From a virus (Duplodnaviria > Caudoviricetes), in the IMG/VR virus record IMGVR_UViG_3300025011_000042, positions 1-63,166 of that record: 63,166 bases of DNA; one strand, written 5' to 3'. Below, piece after piece: positions 38,752 to 48,724 of the stretch (the first letter of the stretch is position 1; each line of letters begins with the position of its first letter). A program made the translations under genes and the position numbers. The notes beneath the pieces were generated by a model. The model did not search any database. It worked only from the letters and a program-made list of their open reading frames with translations, and was not told the origin of the DNA.

Positions 38752-39148
38752 AAGTGAAAAACTTGCAGTTTTTAAAGCATTTACAAACCACCTAGCAACA
38801 TTGTCTAAGTGCACCGAACGTAAGGTTGCGGCTATTATTACAGACTACAATTTGACACAGGTGTACAGTATAGGTATAAATGGTGGACCTAAAGACCTTG
38901 ATGATTGTATGTGTGTTACAGATGGTAAGTTTGGTTGTTTACATGCCGAAATAAATGCGCTTATTAAATGCAAGGTAATGGCACAAAACAAAATTATGAT
39001 TGTGTCTCTATCGCCGTGTAAACAATGCGCTGCTGCAATAATAAACGAGCCAGGTGGATTTAATACAGTGTACTACATGGAAGAATGGAAGTACTCTGAA
39101 GGTCTTAAATTATTAAAAAATGCGGGGATAAACACTCTTAAAATATGA
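38744..39148 (+). CDS. dCMP deaminase
   Basis: HAEINAL...SPCKQC. Confidence 0.9.
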   Translation: MGRSEKLAVFKAFTNHLATLSKCTERKVAAIITDYNLTQVYSIGINGGPKDLDDCMCVTDGKFGCLHAEINALIKCKVMAQNKIMIVSLSPCKQCAAAIINEPGGFNTVYYMEEWKYSEGLKLLKNAGINTLKI

Positions 39149-39250
39149 CGTGCAGCATATAGCATTAACCTTTAAATAGTACGTAAGTATTGTTTATATA
39201 CATTTATACTAGTAATAATTTACGGACCTACAACACGTTAATTTAAGGAG

Positions 39251-39493
39251 GTGAACAATTTGGCTAATATAGTTATTAACACTACACCAGAAGAGCAAGA
39301 AGCTGTACTAGATGCACTTAGAAAACTACAAGGTGTTGTAGTTCCGTTATCAAGAGTAGTAGGTATAACAGGTTTGACATACAGTAAAGTTAGGTATGTA
39401 GTAATGGACTTAGAGGATGCAGGCAAAATAAAACGCATCAAAGCTAAAGAATTTAATAAGCACTACGTACGGTACATGTATGAAGTGCTGTAA
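39251..39493 (+). CDS. Winged-HTH DNA-binding protein
   Basis: SRVVGITGLTYSKVRYVVMDLEDAGKI. Confidence 0.7.
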   Translation: MNNLANIVINTTPEEQEAVLDALRKLQGVVVPLSRVVGITGLTYSKVRYVVMDLEDAGKIKRIKAKEFNKHYVRYMYEVL

Positions 39494-39513
39494 ATAACGG
39501 AGGTGTATCTACA

Positions 39514-41682
39514 ATAGCACTATTATCGGACGCTGGTCAACGCGTGTTTGATGCGCGTTACGCAGCAAGAGATGAAAATGGTATAATATATGAAACGTTT
39601 GAGCAGGCTGTTGACAGACTTGCAAAAGTTGCATCAAGTGTTGAGGAAAATCAAAAGCACTGGTACAGTGAATTCAAGTACGTGCTTGAGAATCTACTAT
39701 TGGTACCATCAACGCCTATATGGGCTAACATTGGTAAAGATGACAGAGAATGGCAACCGTCCGCATGTTTTGTATTGGATATAGAAGATGATCTACATGA
39801 GATGTATAAAACGCTTACTGATACAGCATTGATATTTAAGTCAGGTGGCGGTGTAGGGTATAACTTCAGTAAGATACGTCCTAAAGGTTCTTTAGTTAAC
39901 TCTACAAAAGGTAAGGCATCTGGTGTTGTTGAACTTATAAAGTTGTATGATGCAAGTTCATCAATGGTTATGCAAGGTGGCGTGCGACGCGGCGCTTCGA
40001 TGGCTATACTTAACATAGACCATCCAGAGATAATTGACTTCATAAATGCTAAACTAAACGGTGAATTACCTAATTTCAATTTATCTGTAGGTGTTTTCAA
40101 TTCATTCATGGACGCGTTAGAAGCAGATGGCTATTGGGACCTACAATTCAACGGTATAGTTCATCAGACAATTAGGGCTAGAGAACTGTGGCGTATTATA
40201 GTTGAAGCGTCATATGCATGCGGCGACCCTGGATTGATATTCCTAGACCACATACAACATGATAATCCAATGATACATGTAGTGTTAAGAGCTACAAATC
40301 CATGTGGTGAACAACCTTTAGCAATCGGTGAGTCTTGTTTATTAGCCAGTATTAACTTGGCAAGATTGCTTGTAGGTACGCCTGAGTTCTACAGGGTTAT
40401 ACAAATTGCTGTAAGATTTCTTGACAATATGATCGAGGTGGCACAGTATCCATTGGTTGTTATAGCTGAAGCTACACTTGCTACACGTAAGATTGGCTTA
40501 GGTTACACTGGTTTAGCTGATGCGCTGTTTAAAGCACGGTTCGCGTACGACTCTGAAGAAGGTCGTATGTACGCTAAACGTATAACAGGTAGTTTACGTT
40601 CTATAGCGTATGAAGCGTCTATTGATTTAGCTAAAGAAAAAGGCTGTTTCCCAGAATGGTGCAATAGTACGTTTTATCCTAATATACCGATGCGAAATGC
40701 TACCCGTGTAACAATGGCACCAACAGGGTCTGTTACAACAGTGGCAGGCTGTGAGGGTTATGGTGTTGAGCCTATATTCGCTGTTGCATACAAGAAATCT
40801 ACAAACGTTGCGGGTGACTTTGAAGTGTTTAGTCCGCTGTTTGTAGAAGCATGCAATGAATATAAAGTACCTACTGACGTTATGGTAAAAGTGGCAGAAC
40901 TTGGTACATGCCAAGGTGTTGAGGGAGTGCCTGGTATAATACAACATGTATTTAAAGGAGCACAAGACATCGCCGTTATAGACCATTTACTAATGCAATC
41001 TGCTATACAGGAAGAAATTGATAATGCAGTGAGTAAAACAATAAACATGCCTAAGACAGCAACTATGCTTGATGTAAACGAAGCGTTCAGGGCTGCTTAC
41101 AAACTAAATCTTAAGGGCATAACAGTATTCAGAGACGGCTGTAAGAAAGGCACAATCACAGTAGGTGAAGGTAATACAACTAAAATTGTTGCACAAGTAG
41201 GCTGCGTTATTAAAAAGAGACCTGAAAGTGCACCGGGTGAAACATTCTGTTTATTAACTGGTTGTGGCAAACTGTATCTTACTGTTAACTATGAACACGG
41301 TGAAATACTAGAGGCTTTCATAACTACAGGTTCTGATGGCGGTTGTCTAATATACACTGAGGCAACGTCTAGACTAATAAGCCTGGCAGTACGCGCAGGT
41401 ATACCTATTGAAGTTATAGTTGAGCAGCTTAAGAGTACTCATGCATGCCCATCTTATATGCATGCAAAAGGCGCCGGTAAGAAGCTGTCAAGAGGTAAAT
41501 CTTGTCCTTCTATTATCGCTAATAAACTACAAGAAATTACGGATAAAATCAAGACGCGTGAGCAAGTAGTGGTGCAGATACACGATAAAGCAATGACGCA
41601 AATGTGTGAAATATGTGGAGAACAGCTGCGCGCCGCTGAAGGATGTTTTGTGTGTACTAACTGTGGGTATTCAAAATGTTAA
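39514..41682 (+). CDS. nrdJ: Class II (B12-dependent) ribonucleotide reductase; probable ATA start
   Basis: SACFV, GGGVG, RRGA, TNPCGEQ, APTGS, SKTINMP, C-terminal Zn ribbon; no beta subunit gene. Confidence 0.92.
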   Translation: MALLSDAGQRVFDARYAARDENGIIYETFEQAVDRLAKVASSVEENQKHWYSEFKYVLENLLLVPSTPIWANIGKDDREWQPSACFVLDIEDDLHEMYKTLTDTALIFKSGGGVGYNFSKIRPKGSLVNSTKGKASGVVELIKLYDASSSMVMQGGVRRGASMAILNIDHPEIIDFINAKLNGELPNFNLSVGVFNSFMDALEADGYWDLQFNGIVHQTIRARELWRIIVEASYACGDPGLIFLDHIQHDNPMIHVVLRATNPCGEQPLAIGESCLLASINLARLLVGTPEFYRVIQIAVRFLDNMIEVAQYPLVVIAEATLATRKIGLGYTGLADALFKARFAYDSEEGRMYAKRITGSLRSIAYEASIDLAKEKGCFPEWCNSTFYPNIPMRNATRVTMAPTGSVTTVAGCEGYGVEPIFAVAYKKSTNVAGDFEVFSPLFVEACNEYKVPTDVMVKVAELGTCQGVEGVPGIIQHVFKGAQDIAVIDHLLMQSAIQEEIDNAVSKTINMPKTATMLDVNEAFRAAYKLNLKGITVFRDGCKKGTITVGEGNTTKIVAQVGCVIKKRPESAPGETFCLLTGCGKLYLTVNYEHGEILEAFITTGSDGGCLIYTEATSRLISLAVRAGIPIEVIVEQLKSTHACPSYMHAKGAGKKLSRGKSCPSIIANKLQEITDKIKTREQVVVQIHDKAMTQMCEICGEQLRAAEGCFVCTNCGYSKC

Positions 41683-41696
41683 TGAGGTGAGACTTA

Positions 41697-43709
41697 TTGG
41701 CTGTGATAAAAGCTAAGAAAAGACCTGTAATACAGAAAGGTGCAGGGTATGTGTACGATAAGTTCACATTCATAACTAAGCACAAAGTATCGAACTTTTA
41801 TACAGTACAATCTGCAGAAGAGCTACTTCAATGCGTAAAGCCATTTGAGTTGTTCGATAGAAAGTTTATAACGTTCGACACTGAGACGCATCCACACTTT
41901 GGAAGTAGCCAAGAAGTACCTAAAGAAGTAGTGCGCCGCTGGGTTGGTAAAGGTAAGAAGGCAATTCCACAAGATTATCCGTTTTGCATATCTGTGTGTG
42001 ACGGTAAAGCTGCTTATACACTGTATGACAGTGTTGATAATAACTTCGAAGAGTTTAAGAAGCTAATGCCACTGTTCTGCGACCCGTCTATTGAAAAGAT
42101 AGCACACAACGTAAAGTTCGACATGCACATGTTTGCTAACGCTGGATTAAGGATTGTAGGTAAGCTACACGATACTATAGTTATAGGTAAGTTAGTAAAC
42201 GAGAACCGCATGTCTTTCCAATTAAAAGACATTGTAGCAAAGAAACCCGGCGGTATAGTTAAATATGAAGAAATGGTTAATCACTATAAGCAGCTTGCTA
42301 AAGTTAGTGACTACCGTAATATACCGCGTGAACTGCTTAGTGAGTACGCTAACGCAGACGTATGGAACTGCTTTGTAGTTTTCAATGATGAATTTAGTAA
42401 GTTGTTTGATTACGAACTTGATAACTTGTACGAAACAGAACTTGCTGTGACAATAGCAACATATGAAATGGAACGCTACGGTATGAAAGTAGACGTAGAA
42501 TACGAAGGTCCATTGAAGGGTGAACTACAACAACTTTCTGATTCTGCTGAGCGTGACGTGTATAAAGAAGCCGGTAAGATGTTTAACATCAACTCTGGTA
42601 AGCAACTATACAGTGTGCTAATGAACATGGGTGTTAGTAAGGAATGGATATCATTCACAGACAAAGGTAATCCTACGTTAGACAAAGCTGCACTTGAACG
42701 CTTGGCTGATATACACGAAGTATCTATTGTAAAGAAGATATTAGAATTTAGAAAGTATGAGAAGCTACTAGGCACATACGCTAACGGTATCTATGGGCAG
42801 CGTGACGCAGAAGATGCTGTACACGGTTCTATAAATCAGACAGAAGCTACAACTGGCCGTATGTCTATTACTAAACCGGCGTTACAAACGCTTCCTAAGA
42901 AAGATAAACGTATACGTAGCGCTTTTATTCCAGATGATGACTTCATTCTATACTTCATGGACCTCGACCAAGTGGAATATCGCCTATTTGCACACTATGC
43001 TAAGGCAGAAGGTTTATTAGAAGCTATTAGGAATGGCTACGACGTACACACTGCTACAGCGGCTATTATCTACAATAAACCTATTGATCAGGTAACTGAA
43101 GAAGAACGTGAAAAAGCAAAGCGCATAAACTTTGCAAAGATTTATGGGCAAGGAATAGATGCTACAGCGGCGTTATTAAAAATGACACTTACAGAGTCAG
43201 CGCTGTTCAATGCTACGTACTTTGCGGCTATACCTGAAGCAAAGCCATTTATTAACACGGTGCATCATGTAATTAAGTTACGTGGCTACATTAAGAACTT
43301 CTACGGTAGACGCAGACGTTTAACTACAAATGAAGGCTACAAAGCGCCTAATGCGCTTATTCAAGGATGCGCCGCAGATTACATTAAGAACAAACTTGTA
43401 GGTATACTGAAGTACTTAAGGTACAATAATCTTAAGACATATCTTGCAAACATAGTTCATGATGAATTAGTTATAGCGTTTCATAAGGATGAACTAGCAC
43501 ATGTACCTGTACTCCGTAGGTTACTTTCGGAATTTAAAGCATTCCGATGCCCAATAACCGCTGGAGTTGATAAAGGTGCACCATCCTGGGGACATAAAGT
43601 TGCACAGAGTGACGTTGGCTTTGAAGAACCCGCTGATTTAAACTACTTAAACTACAATGTATTTGACGGTTCTGTATTCGATATTAATAAGGAGGAGGAC
43701 ATGCAATGA
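41697..43709 (+). CDS. polA: Family A DNA polymerase with 3'-5' exonuclease
   Basis: FDTET, HNVKFD, TTGRMS, DLDQVEYR, KRINFAKIYG, IVHDEL. Confidence 0.95.
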   Translation: MAVIKAKKRPVIQKGAGYVYDKFTFITKHKVSNFYTVQSAEELLQCVKPFELFDRKFITFDTETHPHFGSSQEVPKEVVRRWVGKGKKAIPQDYPFCISVCDGKAAYTLYDSVDNNFEEFKKLMPLFCDPSIEKIAHNVKFDMHMFANAGLRIVGKLHDTIVIGKLVNENRMSFQLKDIVAKKPGGIVKYEEMVNHYKQLAKVSDYRNIPRELLSEYANADVWNCFVVFNDEFSKLFDYELDNLYETELAVTIATYEMERYGMKVDVEYEGPLKGELQQLSDSAERDVYKEAGKMFNINSGKQLYSVLMNMGVSKEWISFTDKGNPTLDKAALERLADIHEVSIVKKILEFRKYEKLLGTYANGIYGQRDAEDAVHGSINQTEATTGRMSITKPALQTLPKKDKRIRSAFIPDDDFILYFMDLDQVEYRLFAHYAKAEGLLEAIRNGYDVHTATAAIIYNKPIDQVTEEEREKAKRINFAKIYGQGIDATAALLKMTLTESALFNATYFAAIPEAKPFINTVHHVIKLRGYIKNFYGRRRRLTTNEGYKAPNALIQGCAADYIKNKLVGILKYLRYNNLKTYLANIVHDELVIAFHKDELAHVPVLRRLLSEFKAFRCPITAGVDKGAPSWGHKVAQSDVGFEEPADLNYLNYNVFDGSVFDINKEEDMQ

Positions 43710-44503
43710 CTGATAAGAAGCATATGAAACATTTACTTGATGGTTTCAATCCTACAGTCCCTTTTAACGCTTTAGCAGATATATTTGAAAAACAAAAGAA
43801 GTTTGCGTCAAAGTGGACAAATTTTGATAATAGAGAAGATATAAACTATTATCGTAAATGGGTTGATGATTATAGCTGGTGCATAGTTGATGAAATATCT
43901 GAAGTTATTAATTGGTTGCCATGGAAACATTGGAAGGACTATACCGGTTGCGTTATTGATATTAGAGAGGTACGTTTCGAGCTTATTGACATATTACACT
44001 TTGTAGTTAACATTTGTTTACTTTCTGATGTTACACAAGAGGACTTACAGGAACATTGTTCAGCTAAAGGCTCAGACATTAAGTCACTGATGCGCTCAGT
44101 TAAAGCAACGTTTATTCAAACTACTGGCGAAGATTTGCCATTGGACGATGAACAATATTTATGCTCGTTTACTAAAGAGTACCTCGGTAAAATTAACAGA
44201 ATTATATCTACAATGCATCTTAAACACGAAACACATACTGTGCAAGAAGCTAGTAATAAGCTTGTATGGCGTAAAAGTATTGAATCAAAAAAGGACTCTA
44301 CTGATGCAGTGACGCGTTTTAGAACTAACGTTGTTAAACCAGGAATTATGAACGTATTCACTAACCTATTAGTATTGTTTCAACTGTGGAGTATGACTGC
44401 AAATGATGTATGGGTGTACTACGCCGCAAAGAACAAAGAGAATTATGACAGGCAGGAACGTGGTTACAAAGAGGTGCTTGTAGAGTTAGAATTAAACGTG
44501 TAA
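43706..44503 (+). CDS. Dimeric dUTPase (all-alpha)
   Basis: DEISE...WKHWK...ELIDILHF...KNKENYDRQERGY. Confidence 0.85.
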   Translation: MTDKKHMKHLLDGFNPTVPFNALADIFEKQKKFASKWTNFDNREDINYYRKWVDDYSWCIVDEISEVINWLPWKHWKDYTGCVIDIREVRFELIDILHFVVNICLLSDVTQEDLQEHCSAKGSDIKSLMRSVKATFIQTTGEDLPLDDEQYLCSFTKEYLGKINRIISTMHLKHETHTVQEASNKLVWRKSIESKKDSTDAVTRFRTNVVKPGIMNVFTNLLVLFQLWSMTANDVWVYYAAKNKENYDRQERGYKEVLVELELNV

Positions 44504-44572
44504 ATAACACTGCGTTCAGTACGTATTAAAGTACTGAACGCACAGTAAAATAAACTACTTGGAGGTTATTGT

Positions 44573-44956
44573 ATGACAGTAGAAAAACCAATAGAAAGAC
44601 CTGTAGTTATTGAAGGCTCGTTAATGAGGCGCTTATGGGATAATCATAAAATTATCGGTGAAATTAAGCGCTCTGATGCAATGAAGATTTGTGTAAGTAT
44701 TGTAACAAGGGATGGTATTAAGTACATCAACGTGAGAGACTTCTACAAAAAGAAGTCAGCAGATGAATGGAAACCATCTACAAATGGTATAGTTATACCT
44801 ATTTTAATTCCTGTTAACAAAGGTACAGAGCGTATAGAAGTATACAAGCTACTTTCAGAAATGCTCGCAAAAGCCGCTGATGAACTTGTTGACTTTCCTT
44901 TAGCAGATGCAGATAATGCAGTGTATACGCCTGTTACGCGCAGAAATCCGCGCTAA
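44573..44956 (+). CDS. PC4/YdbC-like ssDNA-binding protein
   Basis: KYINVRDFY...EWKPSTNGI. Confidence 0.75.
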   Translation: MTVEKPIERPVVIEGSLMRRLWDNHKIIGEIKRSDAMKICVSIVTRDGIKYINVRDFYKKKSADEWKPSTNGIVIPILIPVNKGTERIEVYKLLSEMLAKAADELVDFPLADADNAVYTPVTRRNPR

Positions 44957-44982
44957 ACTTAAACATGACGGAGGTTTTTAAC

Positions 44983-45996
44983 ATGAGCGATGTATTAAAA
45001 ATAAGCGAACTTGAAATAGGCACTACATGCCAAATACCACTTGTAGTTACATCTGCGACACCTAGTCTTACGAAGGCTAAGAAAAAGTACTTATCGTTAA
45101 AGTTCTTTGATGGTACAGATGCCATAGCAGGTAACTACTGGGACTGGAACGGTTTAGTAGTACCCGAGAAGAATACAATTGTAGATGTACGTGCTACAGT
45201 AGGTGCGTGGCAAGGCAACAAACAACTTAATATAAACGGTATGTCCCTCAACAAAGAAATGAAGTTAAGCGACTTCGCTCCGCAGTCAGGTCTTGACATC
45301 AGCGCTGTTTACAGAGAAGCTTACGTGCTCGCTACTGACATATGCGATGATGACCTACGTGGCTTAACACTATTCTTACTTGAACACTTCCGTGATGATT
45401 GGTTAGAAGCTCCAGCAGCAAGGTCTATACATCATGCTTACGTAGGTGGCTTACTAGTCCATTCATTAAGTGTAGCTAAAATTGCCAAAGCAATAGCTTT
45501 AACTAAACCTACAATTAATGTAGACTTATGTGTTGCTGGAGGGCTGCTACACGATATAGGTAAGATGCAAGCGTATAAGCTTGACGGTGTTGTTATAGAG
45601 ATGACTGATGAAGGAATGCTTTATGACCATCTGTTCATCGGCGCAGAGATGATTGGACACTACGCATATTCCGCTATTCCAGCTGACAGTGGTACGACAC
45701 TACAAAAGATTGAACTTCTCAGACACATGCTACTGTCGCATCATGGCGCACTTGAGCACGGCGCCGTTGTGCCACCGCAGTGTATTGAAGCTCATATTGT
45801 ATTCCATGCGGACATGCTTGATGCTATAAGTGAGACAGTATCTACAAGTAGTCGTAAAGTTTCAAGTGATTCTAAATGGACTGAAAAGATTTGGTCATTG
45901 TCAAACCGTCCTAACTTGACCATACAATATGTGCATAAAGTTATGGCAGCTAGTACAAACAACATAAACACCGCCGTGCACAACGCTGTGGAGTAG
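44983..45996 (+). CDS. OB-fold plus HD-domain nuclease (YhaM-like)
   Basis: PAARSIHHAYVGGLLVHS, LHDIGK, SHHG, ADMLDA. Confidence 0.9.
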   Translation: MSDVLKISELEIGTTCQIPLVVTSATPSLTKAKKKYLSLKFFDGTDAIAGNYWDWNGLVVPEKNTIVDVRATVGAWQGNKQLNINGMSLNKEMKLSDFAPQSGLDISAVYREAYVLATDICDDDLRGLTLFLLEHFRDDWLEAPAARSIHHAYVGGLLVHSLSVAKIAKAIALTKPTINVDLCVAGGLLHDIGKMQAYKLDGVVIEMTDEGMLYDHLFIGAEMIGHYAYSAIPADSGTTLQKIELLRHMLLSHHGALEHGAVVPPQCIEAHIVFHADMLDAISETVSTSSRKVSSDSKWTEKIWSLSNRPNLTIQYVHKVMAASTNNINTAVHNAVE

Positions 45997-46087
45997 CTGC
46001 ACAAATTTTTAATAACAGTACTATTCTGTAGTCTTTCGTGTTATAATATTAAAGATAGGGATTTTATACGTCTCATATCAAGCTCAT

Positions 46088-46116
46088 CCGCCCAGCAGTA
46101 TTTGACTGCTGGGCGG
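46088..46116 (+). promoter_or_regulatory. GC-rich hairpin in a leader downstream of TGTTATAAT
   Basis: CCGCCCAGCAGT / ACTGCTGGGCGG. Confidence 0.55.
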
Positions 46117-46188
46117 CTAAAAGGATGTACGTCGTGAGCCTTAATACTATTAACTAACATAGACAACAGCATAAAGGAGGATGTAACA

Positions 46189-46401
46189 TTGGTACTAGCA
46201 CAAATGTTCGAAAGCAATGAGCACGCACTTGAAACAGGCATGCGTAGATGCGGTACGTGTAAAGAAGTTAAACCTGTAAGTGAGTTTTATAAAGACGGTA
46301 AAGATGGTCACGGTAATACACGTTGGCGCCGGGATTGCAAAGATTGTTATAAAGTAACTAGGATGCATGATGAAAAACTAAAGAAGTTAAAAAATATATA
46401 A
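46189..46401 (+). CDS. Stand-alone Zn-finger protein
   Basis: CGTCKEVKPVSEFY...CKDC. Confidence 0.7.
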   Translation: MVLAQMFESNEHALETGMRRCGTCKEVKPVSEFYKDGKDGHGNTRWRRDCKDCYKVTRMHDEKLKKLKNI

Positions 46402-46425
46402 CGGCAGTATAAGGGAGGAAGTACA

Positions 46426-46656
46426 ATGGAACGCAATAGTATACAAATGCACGGTGCATCTAGAAAATTACTTGTACGTGGTACGGATGGCACCGTACGT
46501 ACGCAATATGCGAGGTGTTGCTTTACGTGCGCATCATTAGATGACGAATGCAACGCTTACTGTGAAAATATAAGACGTGCAGGTAAAGAAGACAATTGTA
46601 TTGGTTGTTTGTCTAGACCATGCGAATCTTATAAACCAGACTCTCAGACATGTTAG
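46426..46656 (+). CDS. Cys-rich hypothetical protein
   Basis: GGAGG RBS. Confidence 0.6.
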   Translation: MERNSIQMHGASRKLLVRGTDGTVRTQYARCCFTCASLDDECNAYCENIRRAGKEDNCIGCLSRPCESYKPDSQTC

Positions 46657-46666
46657 AAGGTGCATT

Positions 46667-47026
46667 ATGACGCAGCAGTTTCGTAAAACATACTTCACAA
46701 TTGATGAAGAGGGTCACTTATTTGAAGGTTACACAACAGATAAAACATGGAATGGCTGGGAGTGTCCTTTCTTTACATTAGAAGTTGGTATGCAACTTGT
46801 AGAGCACTTTAACAGTGATAAGTACCCTGCGTACTATGATGCTAATAAAGACACATTTGTGTTCTGTATGACTGAGGATGATAATCCTGATGAATATTCT
46901 AAGTATAGTAGCAAAGAAGTTGAAATAGAAAGTGTAAAACTTAAGTTATACCCAATCGGCGCGTTTTCATGGATATGGGACGAAGCAACGCCTGAGGAAC
47001 TACAAGAGTTAACGGAGGTACAGTAA
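46667..47026 (+). CDS. Hypothetical protein
   Basis: WNGWECPFF...LYPIGAFSWIW; RBS before ATG 46667. Confidence 0.7.
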   Translation: MTQQFRKTYFTIDEEGHLFEGYTTDKTWNGWECPFFTLEVGMQLVEHFNSDKYPAYYDANKDTFVFCMTEDDNPDEYSKYSSKEVEIESVKLKLYPIGAFSWIWDEATPEELQELTEVQ

Positions 47027-47346
47027 TGCATAAAAACTTGGAAACGTTGTGTGAAGCAATTATTGAACAAGCTACATGTTTGCAAACAAACGCAGCGGCA
47101 ATTAAGAATATTGAAGAACTTAAAGAGTACGCAGCACATAGTGAGGGCATAGCAGCTGGTTTAATGCTAGCAGTAAAATGGACCTCAATGGTTTTAAAAA
47201 GTAAACAAACTACACAAGTAAGCTACGAACACGCTATTAAAAGTAAGTGTCCTACTTGTAAATTACTCGGTACTGAAGAGTGTATAACTCAAAATAGCGG
47301 TGTATTTGATCCAGTTGGATGTAAGATTACTTCCTCTGACGCATAA
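47026..47346 (+). CDS. Hypothetical protein
   Basis: Coupled ORF with RBS. Confidence 0.6.
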   Translation: MHKNLETLCEAIIEQATCLQTNAAAIKNIEELKEYAAHSEGIAAGLMLAVKWTSMVLKSKQTTQVSYEHAIKSKCPTCKLLGTEECITQNSGVFDPVGCKITSSDA

Positions 47347-47422
47347 ACAACTTTGTAGGTTCTGCCAATGATTATGGAATCTACACACGTTAGTTATAAA
47401 TTTGTAAGGAGTGAAATTTTAA

Positions 47423-48013
47423 GTGGCACAGCAACTAAGTAAATTATGTAGACAATGCGGCGAAGTAAAACCTACTCCTAGTTTTCGTCAGTACTACACA
47501 GGTCGCAAAGGTACTTACAAAATGTGTAAAGCTTGCGAAAGCATTAACTATCGTGTTAAGTACTTGAGTGGTTTAGACACAATGTCAGATAAACAGCAAA
47601 CAGAACTTAATACTATATACAAACTTTGGGAACTACAGCGTTCGCTAGGTTTAGAACCACCTGACTGGAATTTACACGATAAAGATGCTGCGAAAGACCT
47701 AGATGAACAGCTTAGAAAAATGAATAGTAAGTTTGTAAAGTTACCTACAGATGTTATGCTAGCTCTTAGTTTAGAAAGCTCGTATGTAACAGCGCCACGC
47801 GCTAGGTTATATCATTGGGCAACGTGTGAGCTAGACAGCAACACAGAGCCGCAGTACTACACGGAAACAGTGTATGAATCACTTAAAGAATCATTCAGGC
47901 CACAGGTAGGTATGAACTCAACTACATTCTTACCGATTCATGATGAAACATATAAACCTGTGCTTGAATACATTCTGGATAGGTTCTACAAATTTGAGGA
48001 TGAAAGAGCTTAA
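47423..48013 (+). CDS. Zn-finger protein, paralog of 56023-56703
   Basis: CRQCG...FRQY...GTYKMCKACE. Confidence 0.7.
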   Translation: MAQQLSKLCRQCGEVKPTPSFRQYYTGRKGTYKMCKACESINYRVKYLSGLDTMSDKQQTELNTIYKLWELQRSLGLEPPDWNLHDKDAAKDLDEQLRKMNSKFVKLPTDVMLALSLESSYVTAPRARLYHWATCELDSNTEPQYYTETVYESLKESFRPQVGMNSTTFLPIHDETYKPVLEYILDRFYKFEDERA

Positions 48014-48035
48014 TTAAATAAAAGGAGGAACTACA

Positions 48036-48377
48036 ATGCCTACTGTTAAAATTAATGGCCTAAGTCTTGAAGATGACAATAACATAACGTTAAGAAACGG
48101 TGACTTAATTGTTGTCGGTTCGGTGCCGTACATTGTGTCATCGTACGTAAAAGATAAAGATTATGTGCAGGGTAGTGAAGATAATCACACTAAGTATTGC
48201 TCATTTGTAAGTCTTAGAACTGGTCAGAAAGCATTTTCTGAACCTTGCACACGTAGAAATACTAGCTTAAAGCGCATTATGAACCATTTACATTGTGCGC
48301 ATTCGAATGCTACTGTAATGGACTTACGTATAGTACCTAATGATAAGTACGAAATAGCTATAACTATTAACAGTTAG
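48036..48377 (+). CDS. Hypothetical protein
   Basis: AAAGGAGG RBS. Confidence 0.7.
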   Translation: MPTVKINGLSLEDDNNITLRNGDLIVVGSVPYIVSSYVKDKDYVQGSEDNHTKYCSFVSLRTGQKAFSEPCTRRNTSLKRIMNHLHCAHSNATVMDLRIVPNDKYEIAITINS

Positions 48378-48394
48378 TACTTAGACCGTTTCAC

Positions 48395-48540
48395 GCCTCA
48401 CTGTAGGGATGGTAAATACTAAATTGAATGGAGGTGCGCCTCCTGTAAAATAACACCGGTGAGGCATTATATAACTGCTGTGCTTCCTACACAGCAGCCC
48501 TTCTTCGAGAGCACTGTAGTGCTCTGGACGAAGGGAGGTG
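48395..48540 (+). ncRNA. Candidate structured leader RNA
   Basis: Four stems; the last pairs CCCTTC with GAAGGG of the downstream RBS. Confidence 0.4.
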
Positions 48541-48546
48541 CGTAAC

Positions 48547-48720
48547 ATAAAAAGATTTACTTGCATAGAATGTGGTAACACATTTGATGAAAAATATATG
48601 AAAATTACTGAGTTTGGTTCAGGTGCAGTGTTATCAAAAGTAGAATTAGTAACATGTAATGTGTGTGATTCTACCGTTATCAGGGATGAAGAAACTGGTA
48701 AAGTTCAAAAACTATTTTAA
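48547..48720 (+). CDS. Zn-ribbon protein; probable ATA start
   Basis: CIEC...CNVC; GGAGGTG six nt before ATA. Confidence 0.6.
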   Translation: MKRFTCIECGNTFDEKYMKITEFGSGAVLSKVELVTCNVCDSTVIRDEETGKVQKLF

Positions 48721-48724
48721 ATAA

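Noticed and set aside
46060-46140. HDV-like/theta ribozyme suggested by a stem followed by GGCTAA
   Set aside because: I could not build P1, P1.1 or P3, and there is no adjacent tRNA.
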